A stretch of DNA of 64,000 nt from Clostridia bacterium. GTDB taxonomy: Bacteria > Bacillota > Clostridia > TANB77 > CAG-508. The DNA lies in the NCBI GenBank assembly GCA_017404545.1, contig JAFRCC010000022.1:8750-72749 (forward strand). The letters run 5' to 3'. The translations under genes were made by a program, and so were the position numbers. The notes beneath the pieces were generated by a model that saw only the letters and a program-made list of their open reading frames with translations, made no database searches and was not told the DNA's origin. The first letter of the stretch is position 1. Every line of letters starts with the position of its first letter. Shown here one piece after another: positions 8,361 to 18,466 of this stretch.

Positions 8361-9222
8361 AATTAAAAATTATTTTTTCACTTTCATCTCTATTTTCTAA
8401 AAAGTTAAATACACTCGTTATAAATATAGGAATTGAATTACCTACGTACTGTTCTTTTCCGTTAATTGTAATAGTTTTATTTAATATATCGATTAGTTTA
8501 TACTTGTATTTTTTATCAAATCCATTTTTTAAATTATTAAATACGCATTCATCTACAAGCGGTCTATATTGTTCCATTAAATCACATGATAAGTTGAACT
8601 GATTAAATTCATTTTTATGCTGAATTCCTAGTGGAGTTATATATCCTTTATTTACAATCTCTCTGTTAAATGCTGATAGCAAAATTGCATATCCATAGTT
8701 TAATGCCGCATTTATATCGTTATCATCATCTCTTGAAAAATCTTTTCCAAATAACAAGTTAAAGTATACCTTAGCAGCATGTCCTTCTCTATTAGTTCTA
8801 TCATGAACTTCAACTTCATCGATATATGTTAGAAGCTTGTCGTATCCCTCTATATTTGCCCTTTTCAATACTTGAGCCTGATTGTAAATTTTATTTCTAA
8901 CAATTCTACGCCAAGCTTCTCCTTTTCTATATTTTTTCCATTCACATTGGAGAGCAACCTTTTTACTAGTATTAAATGATCCATAATATGGAACAACTTC
9001 ACCAGCTGGATTATGTTTTTCATCACATAGTACTAATTTTATTTTGTGGTTTATAAGCTCATTCATAAGATATGATGTAATCGATACCATACCATTTTCG
9101 ATTATAATCGTATTTATCTCTGAAAGGTGTATCATTCTGATATCTTCACTTCTGATAATTAAATGGTCATTTTTATAACTCAATTTGCAATTCTTATTTA
9201 CAACTACTATTCTCCATCCCAT
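8350..9222 (-). CDS. cas1: Cas1 (type II)
   Basis: 290 aa, MGWRIVVVN...LIIRSED...CEWKKY. Position between cas9 and cas2. Confidence 0.85.
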   Translation of the reverse strand: MGWRIVVVNKNCKLSYKNDHLIIRSEDIRMIHLSEINTIIIENGMVSITSYLMNELINHKIKLVLCDEKHNPAGEVVPYYGSFNTSKKVALQCEWKKYRKGEAWRRIVRNKIYNQAQVLKRANIEGYDKLLTYIDEVEVHDRTNREGHAAKVYFNLLFGKDFSRDDDNDINAALNYGYAILLSAFNREIVNKGYITPLGIQHKNEFNQFNLSCDLMEQYRPLVDECVFNNLKNGFDKKYKYKLIDILNKTITINGKEQYVGNSIPIFITSVFNFLENRDESEKIIFNYEF

Positions 9223-12200
9223 ACTTTTATCCTTTTCTCATACATACCAGTGACTGATTTATCAACAAGAACCATACCTCTTAGTCTCTTATCTCCGAAT
9301 TGTTGCTTGCTCATTCTTCCAAATCTATCACCCAAACCAATAGTTGTCATATTAGCATTACTGCAACTCATTAATAATATAATCTGTTTAATAACCGAAA
9401 TTTTTTTGTCCTCATTTAGTGCCATAAACGTGTCTTTCTTTTCTAGTAAGTTACTATATCGTGTACTAAAGCATAAATATTCTTTCTGAAGCTTCTTTAA
9501 TAATTCATCAAATGTAAATTCATAAACATCATCATATTTTTCTACTATCTTATCCATTTGACCCACATTCATATAATGAATAATAAAATTTAATTCGTTA
9601 TCTAATATTAATTGCTTAGCACACTTAATTTCGCTATCACTTCTAAGCATCATCAATGTTCCTGTCTCATCAATATATTCTTGATTCTTCATTATTTTTC
9701 TACGAATTAATTTTACAAACTCCTCATTCCTTGGTTCAGTTATCGATGTTATATATTCTTCTAACGTTATTTTCTTATTTTTTATGTCTGTAGCAACTTT
9801 TATTGGTACTCCAACAAGTCTACATAGTATATTATCTTTCTTATCTTTGTATTGATATATACAGCAATAAGCCTTTTGTTCTCCTGTATACCCACCATAT
9901 ACATCTGCACTCAAGTTGTTTTTTAGACTTATTGATGGTTTGTCTTTTGGACTTATTAATGTTTGTCCATAGAATTCACCTGTTTGTTCTTCTAACATTC
10001 TACTTATAAAATAATCCTTATAATTCATACATTTTTTAACAGAAGGAATATCCACATACTTTCCAACCATACCCATAATAATACTATGTTTTTCACTTGA
10101 AAATTCTTTACTTCTCACGTAGTTATTTATATATTTACCATACTCAAATTCATCTGTTTTTCTCCAGTGTTTATCCATAATATTGCCTATTGTACTTATT
10201 ATGTACGCATCCTGTGCATGATGACAATCATTTACATCTCTATTTTTAAATATCTCATATTTATTTCTGAAGTGACCAGTTAACTCAGCTCTTAGTGCAA
10301 GTATCTTTGAATTATTATACTGGTTACTAAATAAATTAGTTACATGCTTTATTATTTGTCTTGTTTCAACTAATTGTCTCTCAACGAATTTTACTTTATC
10401 ATCTGTTGTCTCAAACATCTTGTTTTTCGTCAATCTATAAAACTTTGTTTGTGTTATTAAATTGGCTGATAGTAAATATTCCCACCAACTTCTCATTTTC
10501 TTTTGAATAGAATCCTCTAATAACAAGCTGTCTGATTTTCTTTGATTTTCTATTGAATAAACAAGAGCTTTATTATCAAGACTATCGTCCTTTATATAAG
10601 ATTGTGGAATAATGTGATCAATCTGATACTCGCTTAATCTATCTATATCTAATGGTTTACCACTATACAAACATTTTCCCATTTGAGTGAAATATAAATA
10701 TAATCTATCTGAAAATTCTTTATCAGACTGATGAGCTTTTAGCTCATTGTATAATGCTTTATTATTTTTATTTAGATCTTCAACCCCCTCATATTTTTCT
10801 AATAGATTTTTTGCTCTTTTGCTCTTTAATTTAGGATTGCTTTCATCACCCCTTGCAAACTCAATGTAAATATTCTTTGGCTCACATCCCATAACTTTTT
10901 TTATTTCATCAACAACTAATATTGTTTGCCAAATTGCTCTTTTATTTGCAGGTGATGTTTGCAACTCATCTACATCTGCATATTTTAGTTTTTTCTGCTC
11001 TTTTGGCATATATGATTCAATCTTTTTATCAAAGCCATATTTCTTATTGTTAATAATTTGCATAAAATTTTCAGATGTATTTTCTAACTTTTCAAGTATT
11101 GTTTCTCCATTATCAATAGATGTAATTCCATTTATCAATTTAGCAGATAATCTAGACCATCCAGTATATTTAAGTTTAGATAATTGTTTTATTTGACCAT
11201 TATCAAACACATTTAAATCCTGTAATTTTTTCTTTAAAATTGATTTATCTTCGAATATTGTTATCCAATAAATAATTTTTTCACATAACTCGATATTCTC
11301 TTCTGTAATTTCACCTATAATTTTTTTCATGTCTATATATGCAATCATGTTAGAATTAAAGTTTTTTCCATCTGACAATCCAGTTATAGTATTGATTTCA
11401 AAACCATTTTTATTGTATAACTTTTTGATATCGTCAACTGTAACTTTCTTTTTTATTAAGAATATCTCATTATATATCTTTGCTTTCATGTCTTTGGCAA
11501 CTTTTCTTTCATTAATTCTTAAGTTGTTAATTTCGTTAAAAACACAATACTTTGAGTAGACAATTGACTGCTTTGGCATGACATCTTCACCAATTAAATA
11601 TGTACATTTGTTTGTCATTCTTCTTATAAACTTTTCGGCTGTTTCATCTTTATCAACAACATCATCAAAGTTCCATGGACGAATCTTTTCATTGCTCCTT
11701 CTGACAATCCATGACCAATTACTCATTTCATCATTCTTAGCAAGTGGTCCAACATAATATGGTATTCTAAATGTTAATAAGCTCATAATCTTATCTTTGT
11801 TTTCAGCTATAGATTTATAATATTTAGCTTGATTGTCTAATATGATTTCTAGCTCTTTTTTATGTAATTGATTTGGTATAGCACCGTTTTCTATATTATT
11901 AAGTTTCTTCAAAAATTCATTATTCTCTATTTTTGTAAGTACTATAGTCTTTTCAAGAATATTATCATTTATTTCTGAAAAATCTTTCTTTATAGTTGCA
12001 TATATATCTTCTATTGTACATTTTTTATTTGTAACACCATTACTCTTTCCATTATATGCGACATAATTATTCCCAGATACTTCTCTAAACATTTTGTTAT
12101 ATTTTTCTGGCAAGAATTCCTTGTATACTTTTTTTAATAGAACTAAGTCACTTTGGTATTCTTTGTATTTTTTTACAAATGCATTAGAAATATAATTTTC

Positions 12201-13127
12201 ATTGTTTAACATATCTTGTAGAATATACCAGCTATATATATCTTTTAATGATTCATAAATAAAAGCCTGATCTTTTAGCTCTACTATTAAGTCTTCTTCT
12301 TTATCAATTTCATTTGAGAAACTAATCTTTTTGTCTTCGACTTCCTCAAAAATAGCTTTAATTTCGAATTTATATCCTAAGATAGCATTAACAATATGTG
12401 TTACTAATTTCTTATCTTCTTTGTCAAAATCAAACTGATCAATTATCATATCTTTTTTGTCAGCTTTTCTGATTGATTTATTTGATAATATTTTTATTAT
12501 TTCATTATTGCTGCTCTTAATATGTACATCATATGAATTTTCTAAAAACTTCACTATATTATCTATACTTTCATTTATTATATCTAAATTGCTAGAGAAA
12601 TCTCCCTCGTATAAAAAATTCCCTCTGTATTTGATTATATGGTGAATTGCTAAGTAGACTAGTCGAATATCCATCTTTTCCGTATTTTCTATCAGCTCTT
12701 TTCTTAGATGATATATCGTTGGAAACTTATCATAATAATTAATATCAGTATTATTTTCTTCGGAGAATAAGTTATGTTTTTTACCTAATATTCTTGCTGC
12801 AGTTAGTTTATCTTCTTCAGATAAAGATGATTCTTTTAACATTGGTAAAAAATTTGGATATGTTTTTTCTATGTCATCTTTTAATAGCTTTTGAAGTATA
12901 TGTATACGCTCTTTTCGTCTATCTAATCGTCTTCTTGCACCTCTAAGAGCTCTTCTTCCAGACGCTGGTTTTGCTTCTTCGAAAAGTCTAGATCCCCACA
13001 TATTCTTTCCATTTCTCTTCAGAATATTATTTTCTTCATCAGTAACACACCAACCAACCGATGCCACACCAATGTCTAGACCTATATTATAAATTTTATT
13101 ACTTTTCACTTGACATATCCTCCTCAT
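9207..13127 (-). CDS. cas9: Cas9 (1306 aa, type II-A)
   Basis: N-terminal RuvC-I motif IGLDIGVASVGWCV. HNH motif YQIDHIIPQSYIKDDSLDNKALV...N. Arginine-rich bridge helix SGRRALRGARRRLDRRKERI. Confidence 0.95.
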   Translation of the reverse strand: MRRICQVKSNKIYNIGLDIGVASVGWCVTDEENNILKRNGKNMWGSRLFEEAKPASGRRALRGARRRLDRRKERIHILQKLLKDDIEKTYPNFLPMLKESSLSEEDKLTAARILGKKHNLFSEENNTDINYYDKFPTIYHLRKELIENTEKMDIRLVYLAIHHIIKYRGNFLYEGDFSSNLDIINESIDNIVKFLENSYDVHIKSSNNEIIKILSNKSIRKADKKDMIIDQFDFDKEDKKLVTHIVNAILGYKFEIKAIFEEVEDKKISFSNEIDKEEDLIVELKDQAFIYESLKDIYSWYILQDMLNNENYISNAFVKKYKEYQSDLVLLKKVYKEFLPEKYNKMFREVSGNNYVAYNGKSNGVTNKKCTIEDIYATIKKDFSEINDNILEKTIVLTKIENNEFLKKLNNIENGAIPNQLHKKELEIILDNQAKYYKSIAENKDKIMSLLTFRIPYYVGPLAKNDEMSNWSWIVRRSNEKIRPWNFDDVVDKDETAEKFIRRMTNKCTYLIGEDVMPKQSIVYSKYCVFNEINNLRINERKVAKDMKAKIYNEIFLIKKKVTVDDIKKLYNKNGFEINTITGLSDGKNFNSNMIAYIDMKKIIGEITEENIELCEKIIYWITIFEDKSILKKKLQDLNVFDNGQIKQLSKLKYTGWSRLSAKLINGITSIDNGETILEKLENTSENFMQIINNKKYGFDKKIESYMPKEQKKLKYADVDELQTSPANKRAIWQTILVVDEIKKVMGCEPKNIYIEFARGDESNPKLKSKRAKNLLEKYEGVEDLNKNNKALYNELKAHQSDKEFSDRLYLYFTQMGKCLYSGKPLDIDRLSEYQIDHIIPQSYIKDDSLDNKALVYSIENQRKSDSLLLEDSIQKKMRSWWEYLLSANLITQTKFYRLTKNKMFETTDDKVKFVERQLVETRQIIKHVTNLFSNQYNNSKILALRAELTGHFRNKYEIFKNRDVNDCHHAQDAYIISTIGNIMDKHWRKTDEFEYGKYINNYVRSKEFSSEKHSIIMGMVGKYVDIPSVKKCMNYKDYFISRMLEEQTGEFYGQTLISPKDKPSISLKNNLSADVYGGYTGEQKAYCCIYQYKDKKDNILCRLVGVPIKVATDIKNKKITLEEYITSITEPRNEEFVKLIRRKIMKNQEYIDETGTLMMLRSDSEIKCAKQLILDNELNFIIHYMNVGQMDKIVEKYDDVYEFTFDELLKKLQKEYLCFSTRYSNLLEKKDTFMALNEDKKISVIKQIILLMSCSNANMTTIGLGDRFGRMSKQQFGDKRLRGMVLVDKSVTGMYEKRIKVWDGE

Positions 13128-13152
13128 ATTGTTATTATGAATGTGCTATTAA

Positions 13153-13258
13153 ATTTACTATCTAAAATAGCATATTGAGTTAAAATAAGGTTTAACCTTA
13201 AATGCTGATTAATTTCAGTTTCACTTAGGTGAATTAAGAGCTGTAAAGCTCTTTTTTA
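13153..13258 (+). ncRNA. tracrRNA, divergent from cas9
   Basis: Plus-strand anti-repeat ttactatctaaaatagcatattgag pairs imperfectly with the crRNA repeat. It is followed by the nexus-like gttaaaataagg (compare SpCas9 tracrRNA GTTAAAATAAGGC) and ends in the hairpin agagctgtaaagctct plus a T6 run at 13238-13258. Confidence 0.8.
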
Positions 13259-13322
13259 TTTTGCTTTAATTTAACATATAAGTAAATATTTTGCAATAAT
13301 TAGTATTTACTTATAACATATC

Positions 13323-13367
13323 AAAAAAAGCCGAAACATGCAATCGATTTTTGTTTGCATATTTCGA
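13323..13367 (-). terminator. Rho-independent terminator, member of a three-copy conserved hairpin family
   Basis: Minus-strand sequence: stem cgaaatatgcaa...ttgcatgtttcgg followed by TTTTTTT. Near-identical hairpins lie at 27495-27543 and 30203-30252. Confidence 0.6.
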
Positions 13368-13400
13368 CATTATTCGACTTTTTTATATTTTATTGATTAC

Positions 13401-13718
13401 CTAGTATAAGTTTTCATTTTCCTTTATTTCATCAAACATCTCTTTTCCAACCTTATTTATTAGTTCTATTTCACACAAACTTTTATACTCTGGTAACTTT
13501 TGATATAGTACATTTATATCAATATTATATATTGAAGTTAACTTAGATTTATCCATATTAGCACATTTCATTTCATATAAATTGCTCTGAACTGGAATAT
13601 CTTTTCGAATATTGATAATCACATCTCTCATTTTTGATGATGGATTCGCTAACTCTTGATTGATATCCTTTATATGCTTAATAAATTTCATTATGTCGTA
13701 ATCTTCTTTGTAATTCAT
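13401..13718 (-). CDS. Small hypothetical protein (105 aa), last gene of the HigB / HTH-peptidase operon, next to the tracrRNA
   Basis: ORF only, no recognisable motif. A conserved terminator follows. Confidence 0.4.
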   Translation of the reverse strand: MNYKEDYDIMKFIKHIKDINQELANPSSKMRDVIINIRKDIPVQSNLYEMKCANMDKSKLTSIYNIDINVLYQKLPEYKSLCEIELINKVGKEMFDEIKENENLY

Positions 13719-13761
13719 TTTGTTCTCCCTTCTACAGTATTTTTATTTGAAAATCTATGTT

Positions 13762-14844
13762 CTATTTCCACTTATATCTCAATCTTTTATTTGCAAATAG
13801 CTTATAATCATTCTTATCCTTTTCAAGTCTACCAACTACAACAAAATCTCTTATATTTTGTAATTTAGCAAATTCCTCTATAGATTTTTCAGTAATATCG
13901 TTTTCACTTATATATTTTTGATATTGTTCTTCATCAATTAACGTTTCTCTTGCATAATCATCAGCCCTTTTTTCATCTTCCGAATCAGTAAATGCATAAT
14001 CAATATACTGATTAGAAACATTATCATTTATTAAATGTCCAATCTCATGGAATAATGTAAACCAGAAAATATCTGCAAAAGATTGCCTTATTGTCATACA
14101 TAAAATTATCTTATTATTCCTCTTTTTTATGAACCCTTGAACTGGTGCACCATTAAAATTCTTTACTACTTGAAAAGCAATTCCAACATTACTAAATATT
14201 TCTTGAAGCTCTTTTATCATATCATTTACTTCTAAAAACATTGCTTTTTTTATTTTAGGTATTGATTTTTTTAGTGCCTCCACATCATAATCTTGCTTAA
14301 CCACAATACTATCAGCATATAACTCGCAAATTCTTTGCCAAGCATATAGAACATATATATCTACATCAATATTCTTTGATCCTCTAAAGGCTACTTGATT
14401 GATTGGTAGCTTAGCTATATATTCAAGTTTGTTAACCATAAGTATATTTCTAAGTTCCATTATCTGTGCCTCTTTATTATTGTCAGAGCTCATAATTCTT
14501 AGCTCCTGACAATATTTAATAATATCCTTTAATTTATGTAGTATACTAAACTCATTTTCAGTTATACCTTGGTGCTCTTGGAATTCTATAATTTCTCTAT
14601 CATATATTCCTTGCAAGTTAATCCAAAAACTTGCAGGCATTCCAAATACATACTCCAAAGCTTTGGCAAATGCAGGTGATATACCTTTCTTACCATGTAC
14701 TACTTCACTTACATGTTTTGGAGAAAAACCAGTTCTTATTGCCAGTTCCTCCTGAGACATATTCCTCTCTTCTAGAACCTCTTTAACGGTCTCTCCTGGA
14801 TGTATAATGAAATCAAGGGATAATCCATTCGTTTTTTCCATCAT
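13762..14844 (-). CDS. HigA-like XRE-HTH fused to an ImmA/IrrE metallopeptidase domain
   Basis: HTH LSLDFIIHPGETVKEVLEERNMSQEELAIRTGFSPKHVSEVVHGK. HEXXH motif TLFHEIGHL. Overlaps the upstream HigB-like gene. Confidence 0.65.
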   Translation of the reverse strand: MMEKTNGLSLDFIIHPGETVKEVLEERNMSQEELAIRTGFSPKHVSEVVHGKKGISPAFAKALEYVFGMPASFWINLQGIYDREIIEFQEHQGITENEFSILHKLKDIIKYCQELRIMSSDNNKEAQIMELRNILMVNKLEYIAKLPINQVAFRGSKNIDVDIYVLYAWQRICELYADSIVVKQDYDVEALKKSIPKIKKAMFLEVNDMIKELQEIFSNVGIAFQVVKNFNGAPVQGFIKKRNNKIILCMTIRQSFADIFWFTLFHEIGHLINDNVSNQYIDYAFTDSEDEKRADDYARETLIDEEQYQKYISENDITEKSIEEFAKLQNIRDFVVVGRLEKDKNDYKLFANKRLRYKWK

Positions 14845-15163
14845 GATATTCTAACACTCCTTTTATAATAATATTTTTACATACTTTCAAACTTTCCATA
14901 TCTAAACTATCTGACTCTGGTTCAACTACTAATCTAAAATTAGCCGTCACAGATATTGAATAACATCTGCTTAAGTTTCCACTCAATGGATGTGGATTAC
15001 CAAGTCCAATTCTTGTTAGATACTCATTAAAATTATCAGCCGCTTCTAGATGGTTCAATCTCTTCTTTATACTTTTTCCAATTTCTAAACCAACTTTCTT
15101 TTGTAAAATCTTTGTATCAGTAATTATTTTCTCAACTTTTGGGTTGTCAAATTTAAATTGCAA
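14813..15163 (-). CDS. HigB/RelE-family toxin-like protein
   Basis: 116 aa. LSGNLSRCYSISVTANFRLVVEP fits the HigB plasmid-killer pattern (G..YSiRvn..yRl.F). Encoded immediately upstream of the HTH antitoxin-like gene. TTG start after AAGGTGA. Confidence 0.55.
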   Translation of the reverse strand: MQFKFDNPKVEKIITDTKILQKKVGLEIGKSIKKRLNHLEAADNFNEYLTRIGLGNPHPLSGNLSRCYSISVTANFRLVVEPESDSLDMESLKVCKNIIIKGVLEYHDGKNEWIIP

Positions 15164-15183
15164 ATTCTCACCTTCTTCGTTTG

Positions 15184-15232
15184 ATTACCTGTTAGGTAAT
15201 TTTATTATACTATCATTTAATGGGATATTCAA
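15184..15232 (-). promoter_or_regulatory. Promoter (TTGAAT-N17-TATAAT) plus a 7-3-7 inverted-repeat operator for the HigB-like operon
   Basis: Minus strand reads ttgaatatcccattaaatgatagtataat. The inverted repeat attacct-gtt-aggtaat at 15184-15200 lies between the -10 box and the RBS. Confidence 0.45.
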
Positions 15233-15316
15233 GTAGAAATCAAATAAATCTTGAATAAAAAATAAAAGGAGAGTATTTTCGTACCGCAGTACCATAATAA
15301 CTCCCCCTTAGCGCGC

Positions 15317-15427
15317 GATTTTTATGTTGCCTAACCAACCCGAAAGACTATATCTTTCCATGAATTTTAAGATTTTTATGTTGCTTAATCAACCTGAAAA
15401 GCTATACTTTTCCTCGATTTTAGGTTA
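15317..15427. repeat. Imperfect tandem duplication, two units of about 54 bp
   Basis: gatttttatgttgcctaaccaacccgaaagactatatctttccatgaatttta followed by gatttttatgttgcttaatcaacctgaaaagctatacttttcctcgattttag. Confidence 0.6.
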
Positions 15428-15880
15428 TTGTTGCAGTCGCACCTGCCATGCAATAAAGTCGCATCTATTAATATTGTATATATTTTAATATAAAAAATAC
15501 ACCAAGTCAAGTCATAATGGCTTAATTTAGTGTACTTTCGTATGACATAATTCGACATGTAAAATTCTTGTTTTCCTCCATGTTAACCATATCTACATCA
15601 CATCACATCACTTACTTTTCTTAGTAATGTCTTATATTTTTCCGTGTCAAAACCACTCTCATCAAAAAAACACTCAAATTGTTCAATGTTGTTTATTAGA
15701 TGTATTAAAAAATTGGTGCATATACTATTTTCAAACAATGTAATCCATTCGTCAAATGATGCATATAAAAAACCTCTTGCATGTCCACCTAGTTTAATTT
15801 CATTTTTTCTCGTGTTCGATGGTGAACAGTATAATACAAGTTTATAAAGATCTTTCTCTTTAGGATCATGTATACTTCTC

Positions 15881-17056
15881 TTAATAATCTTCGGTGCTGA
15901 AAAAAAAGCAAATTTGGTCTCGGTACCGATTTTGACTAATAGTTTTAAACATTACATCTTTATATAAATTAGCTCTCTTCTCAATAAATAGATTTTTATA
16001 TTCCTCTCTTTGAAAATTTGCCAATATAATAATGTATAATATAAAAATTACAACTGCAACATTACTAACGTCAATTTGATTTTCTTTTAAGTAGTTTTTC
16101 ATACCATAATATTTTCTAAATATTTTTTTAATATGTCTCGGATTATCAAATTTTATTTCTTTAAGAAAATCCATAATTAAATCGCAACTACTGAATTCTA
16201 AATCTGTAATTTCTTCTATGTATTTTTTTATACTATCATTGTTATTTTGTTTTGGAACCTCAAAATTAATCGTAAATATTTTTTCTAAATATTCATCAGC
16301 TTTATTGTAATCATTTTGATATTTATTCTGTAGAGCAAGTGTTACCGCATCTCTATCAATTCCAATTATAAAGATAATATTAGGATTTGCAGACAATAAT
16401 AGCTTTATAGATGATATCAGAGAAATAATATTTTCTGATTCGCAACGGTCAAGATCATCTAAGAATACCACTAATTTCTTACCACCAAATTTTATCTCCC
16501 TAAACTCATCTTCAAATTCTTGCATCTTCTCCCAAAGAGGTTTATTACTTTCTAAGTATTCATTATATTTCTCTTGCTGCTCCTGTGCTTCCTTTATTCC
16601 GTCTCCTGGTTTAAGCGTTATTACATCCTTGACATTGAACTCAACGCTCTTTGAGATACTCACTAAGATTCCCATCGCATTTCTTATGAATCTGTTTCCT
16701 TTTTCTTTTATTTTTTCCACGAAATTATCTTTCGCTATGTACTTAAACAATGAGACTGCTAAATTATCATCTTTCTCATACTTCCATGTATCAAACCATA
16801 TAGTATTAAATTTAGTTTTATCTATATCTTGCTCTATATTCTTCATTAGGCAACTCTTGCCGCTTCCCCATTGTCCATATATTGCAATTATATTATTTTT
16901 TTCTAATAATTCCTTATTATTTTTTAATTCCAAGTATTTACATATTGATGCTGCCTTATCACAAGTTCCATACATATCCTCGTCTTTATTTATATATCTC
17001 ATTTCCTCGATTAAATCTGCCATGTAATCCTCCATTCTATTTATTGCCACATGCAT
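15881..17056 (-). CDS. KAP-family P-loop NTPase
   Basis: Walker A motif AIYGQWGSGKSCL. Walker B motif VVFLDDLDRC. Hydrophobic segment near the C-terminus (VAVVIFILYIIILANF), as in KAP NTPases. Confidence 0.7.
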   Translation of the reverse strand: MHVAINRMEDYMADLIEEMRYINKDEDMYGTCDKAASICKYLELKNNKELLEKNNIIAIYGQWGSGKSCLMKNIEQDIDKTKFNTIWFDTWKYEKDDNLAVSLFKYIAKDNFVEKIKEKGNRFIRNAMGILVSISKSVEFNVKDVITLKPGDGIKEAQEQQEKYNEYLESNKPLWEKMQEFEDEFREIKFGGKKLVVFLDDLDRCESENIISLISSIKLLLSANPNIIFIIGIDRDAVTLALQNKYQNDYNKADEYLEKIFTINFEVPKQNNNDSIKKYIEEITDLEFSSCDLIMDFLKEIKFDNPRHIKKIFRKYYGMKNYLKENQIDVSNVAVVIFILYIIILANFQREEYKNLFIEKRANLYKDVMFKTISQNRYRDQICFFFSTEDY

Positions 17057-17321
17057 ATTCTTCGCTAAATATTACAATGTCCTCACTACATCAACCCATC
17101 CAATAATGTAAAAAAAATTTTTATCTTTAAATCATCGTACTTATATCTATCAAAGAATTGATTATACATTTTTTTTATTTCTTCATCATTCATTCCAGCC
17201 AGGTTCAATGTCTTTCCTCCATTAAATATTTTTAGTATTATCTTCCTTATACAAGTTATATGGTAATTGCGATATAGTCACTAGCTATTTCTTTTTCCGA
17301 CACCTTTCCACTCAAGCTGTT

Positions 17322-17882
17322 TTAATCCGCTTTACCATCTCTTGGCTTACAAGAGCATCCCTCCATAGATTCCTCTGGAAATATAAATTTATAATCCTCA
17401 CTATAAAAAATTTTTCTAAATTTTGTACAAGCTTCATATGTATCCTTTAAAATCTTTATACCATCCATACTAACTTTCATGAATTCATTATCCATATTTT
17501 CGTATTGTTCCAGTTGCAATAGATTATGCATTAAATTGTTTCTATTCTTAATCCATGCTTTTGTTTTTTCAAACAATTCATCTGGGAATGCAATTTTGAA
17601 ACATTCACATCCAGCTCGAGATAATCTTTGAATACAATTAACTTTCGTTTTCAGTGCTAATTCATTTTTGGATTTATGGCACTTTCCACTGCTATATTTG
17701 CATTGTTTTTTTATCTTTTCAACGGTTCTAAAATATCGATTTTCCATACATGAATAAATTAACCAACTTGCCTCAATATATCTTTTATCTTTAATTGCCC
17801 TGTTTATTTTTTCAAGAAAAAAATCATGCATATCAACTCGCTTCAATCTTTCATCAAAAACTTCCGTACTTTTCATATACAA
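17322..17882 (-). CDS. Hypothetical Cys-containing protein (186 aa)
   Basis: ORF only. Cysteines clustered in CKYSSGKCHK, GCECF and GCSCKP. No family recognised. Confidence 0.35.
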   Translation of the reverse strand: MYMKSTEVFDERLKRVDMHDFFLEKINRAIKDKRYIEASWLIYSCMENRYFRTVEKIKKQCKYSSGKCHKSKNELALKTKVNCIQRLSRAGCECFKIAFPDELFEKTKAWIKNRNNLMHNLLQLEQYENMDNEFMKVSMDGIKILKDTYEACTKFRKIFYSEDYKFIFPEESMEGCSCKPRDGKAD

Positions 17883-17959
17883 ATCCCCCTATTTTTTTTA
17901 TTTTCTATTTCATTAAAAATAAAGAAAATCAAACTCCCTTTAATAAATAATTTATAGAC

Positions 17960-18466
17960 CTATATTTTCCCTTCTGCTATTTTTCTGCACAATGCCACAT
18001 CAATGTCAAACAATTCAGCATCTAATTGTACCTGATTAAAAATTACTTTCTCTTTTTGTATTAACTTGTCTTCAATATTATCCTTTAATTTGTCGTTAGC
18101 ATATTTGCATAAAAAATATCTTACAATCCATTTACGCAACACCAATAAATAATCTCCTGTAGGATCATTGCTTTGTTTTTGACCTACTTTTGGACAAAAC
18201 TTATTATATAATCGTTGATATGTATAAAATCCCGTAATATAAAAATCTGGCTTAGTTGTATATTTCTTATACAATTCCGCAAATACTTGACGCTTATTTA
18301 TCTCATGTTCATCTTGATTTGCTTCTCCGGGCATTATATACTTATTTCTAACATTATCTATCTTGTTTATATCTTTAATGATATCAACATACTCGTTGTC
18401 AGATTTTATGCTATCATTTTTCATAATTATCTCAGTCGCCTTAATATACAAATCTCTACCGTCCAT
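17960..18466 (-). CDS. Hypothetical protein, paralog of 473..940
   Basis: See 473..940. Shared block LVLRKWIVRYF. Confidence 0.5.
   Translation of the reverse strand: MDGRDLYIKATEIIMKNDSIKSDNEYVDIIKDINKIDNVRNKYIMPGEANQDEHEINKRQVFAELYKKYTTKPDFYITGFYTYQRLYNKFCPKVGQKQSNDPTGDYLLVLRKWIVRYFLCKYANDKLKDNIEDKLIQKEKVIFNQVQLDAELFDIDVALCRKIAEGKI

Noticed and set aside
9803-12645. Short plus-strand ORFs inside cas9 (9803..10009, 11329..11559, 12457..12645) and inside cas1/cas2 (8044..8400, 9163..9489)
   Set aside because: They are antisense to well-supported Cas genes, AT-rich and hydrophobic, with no motifs.
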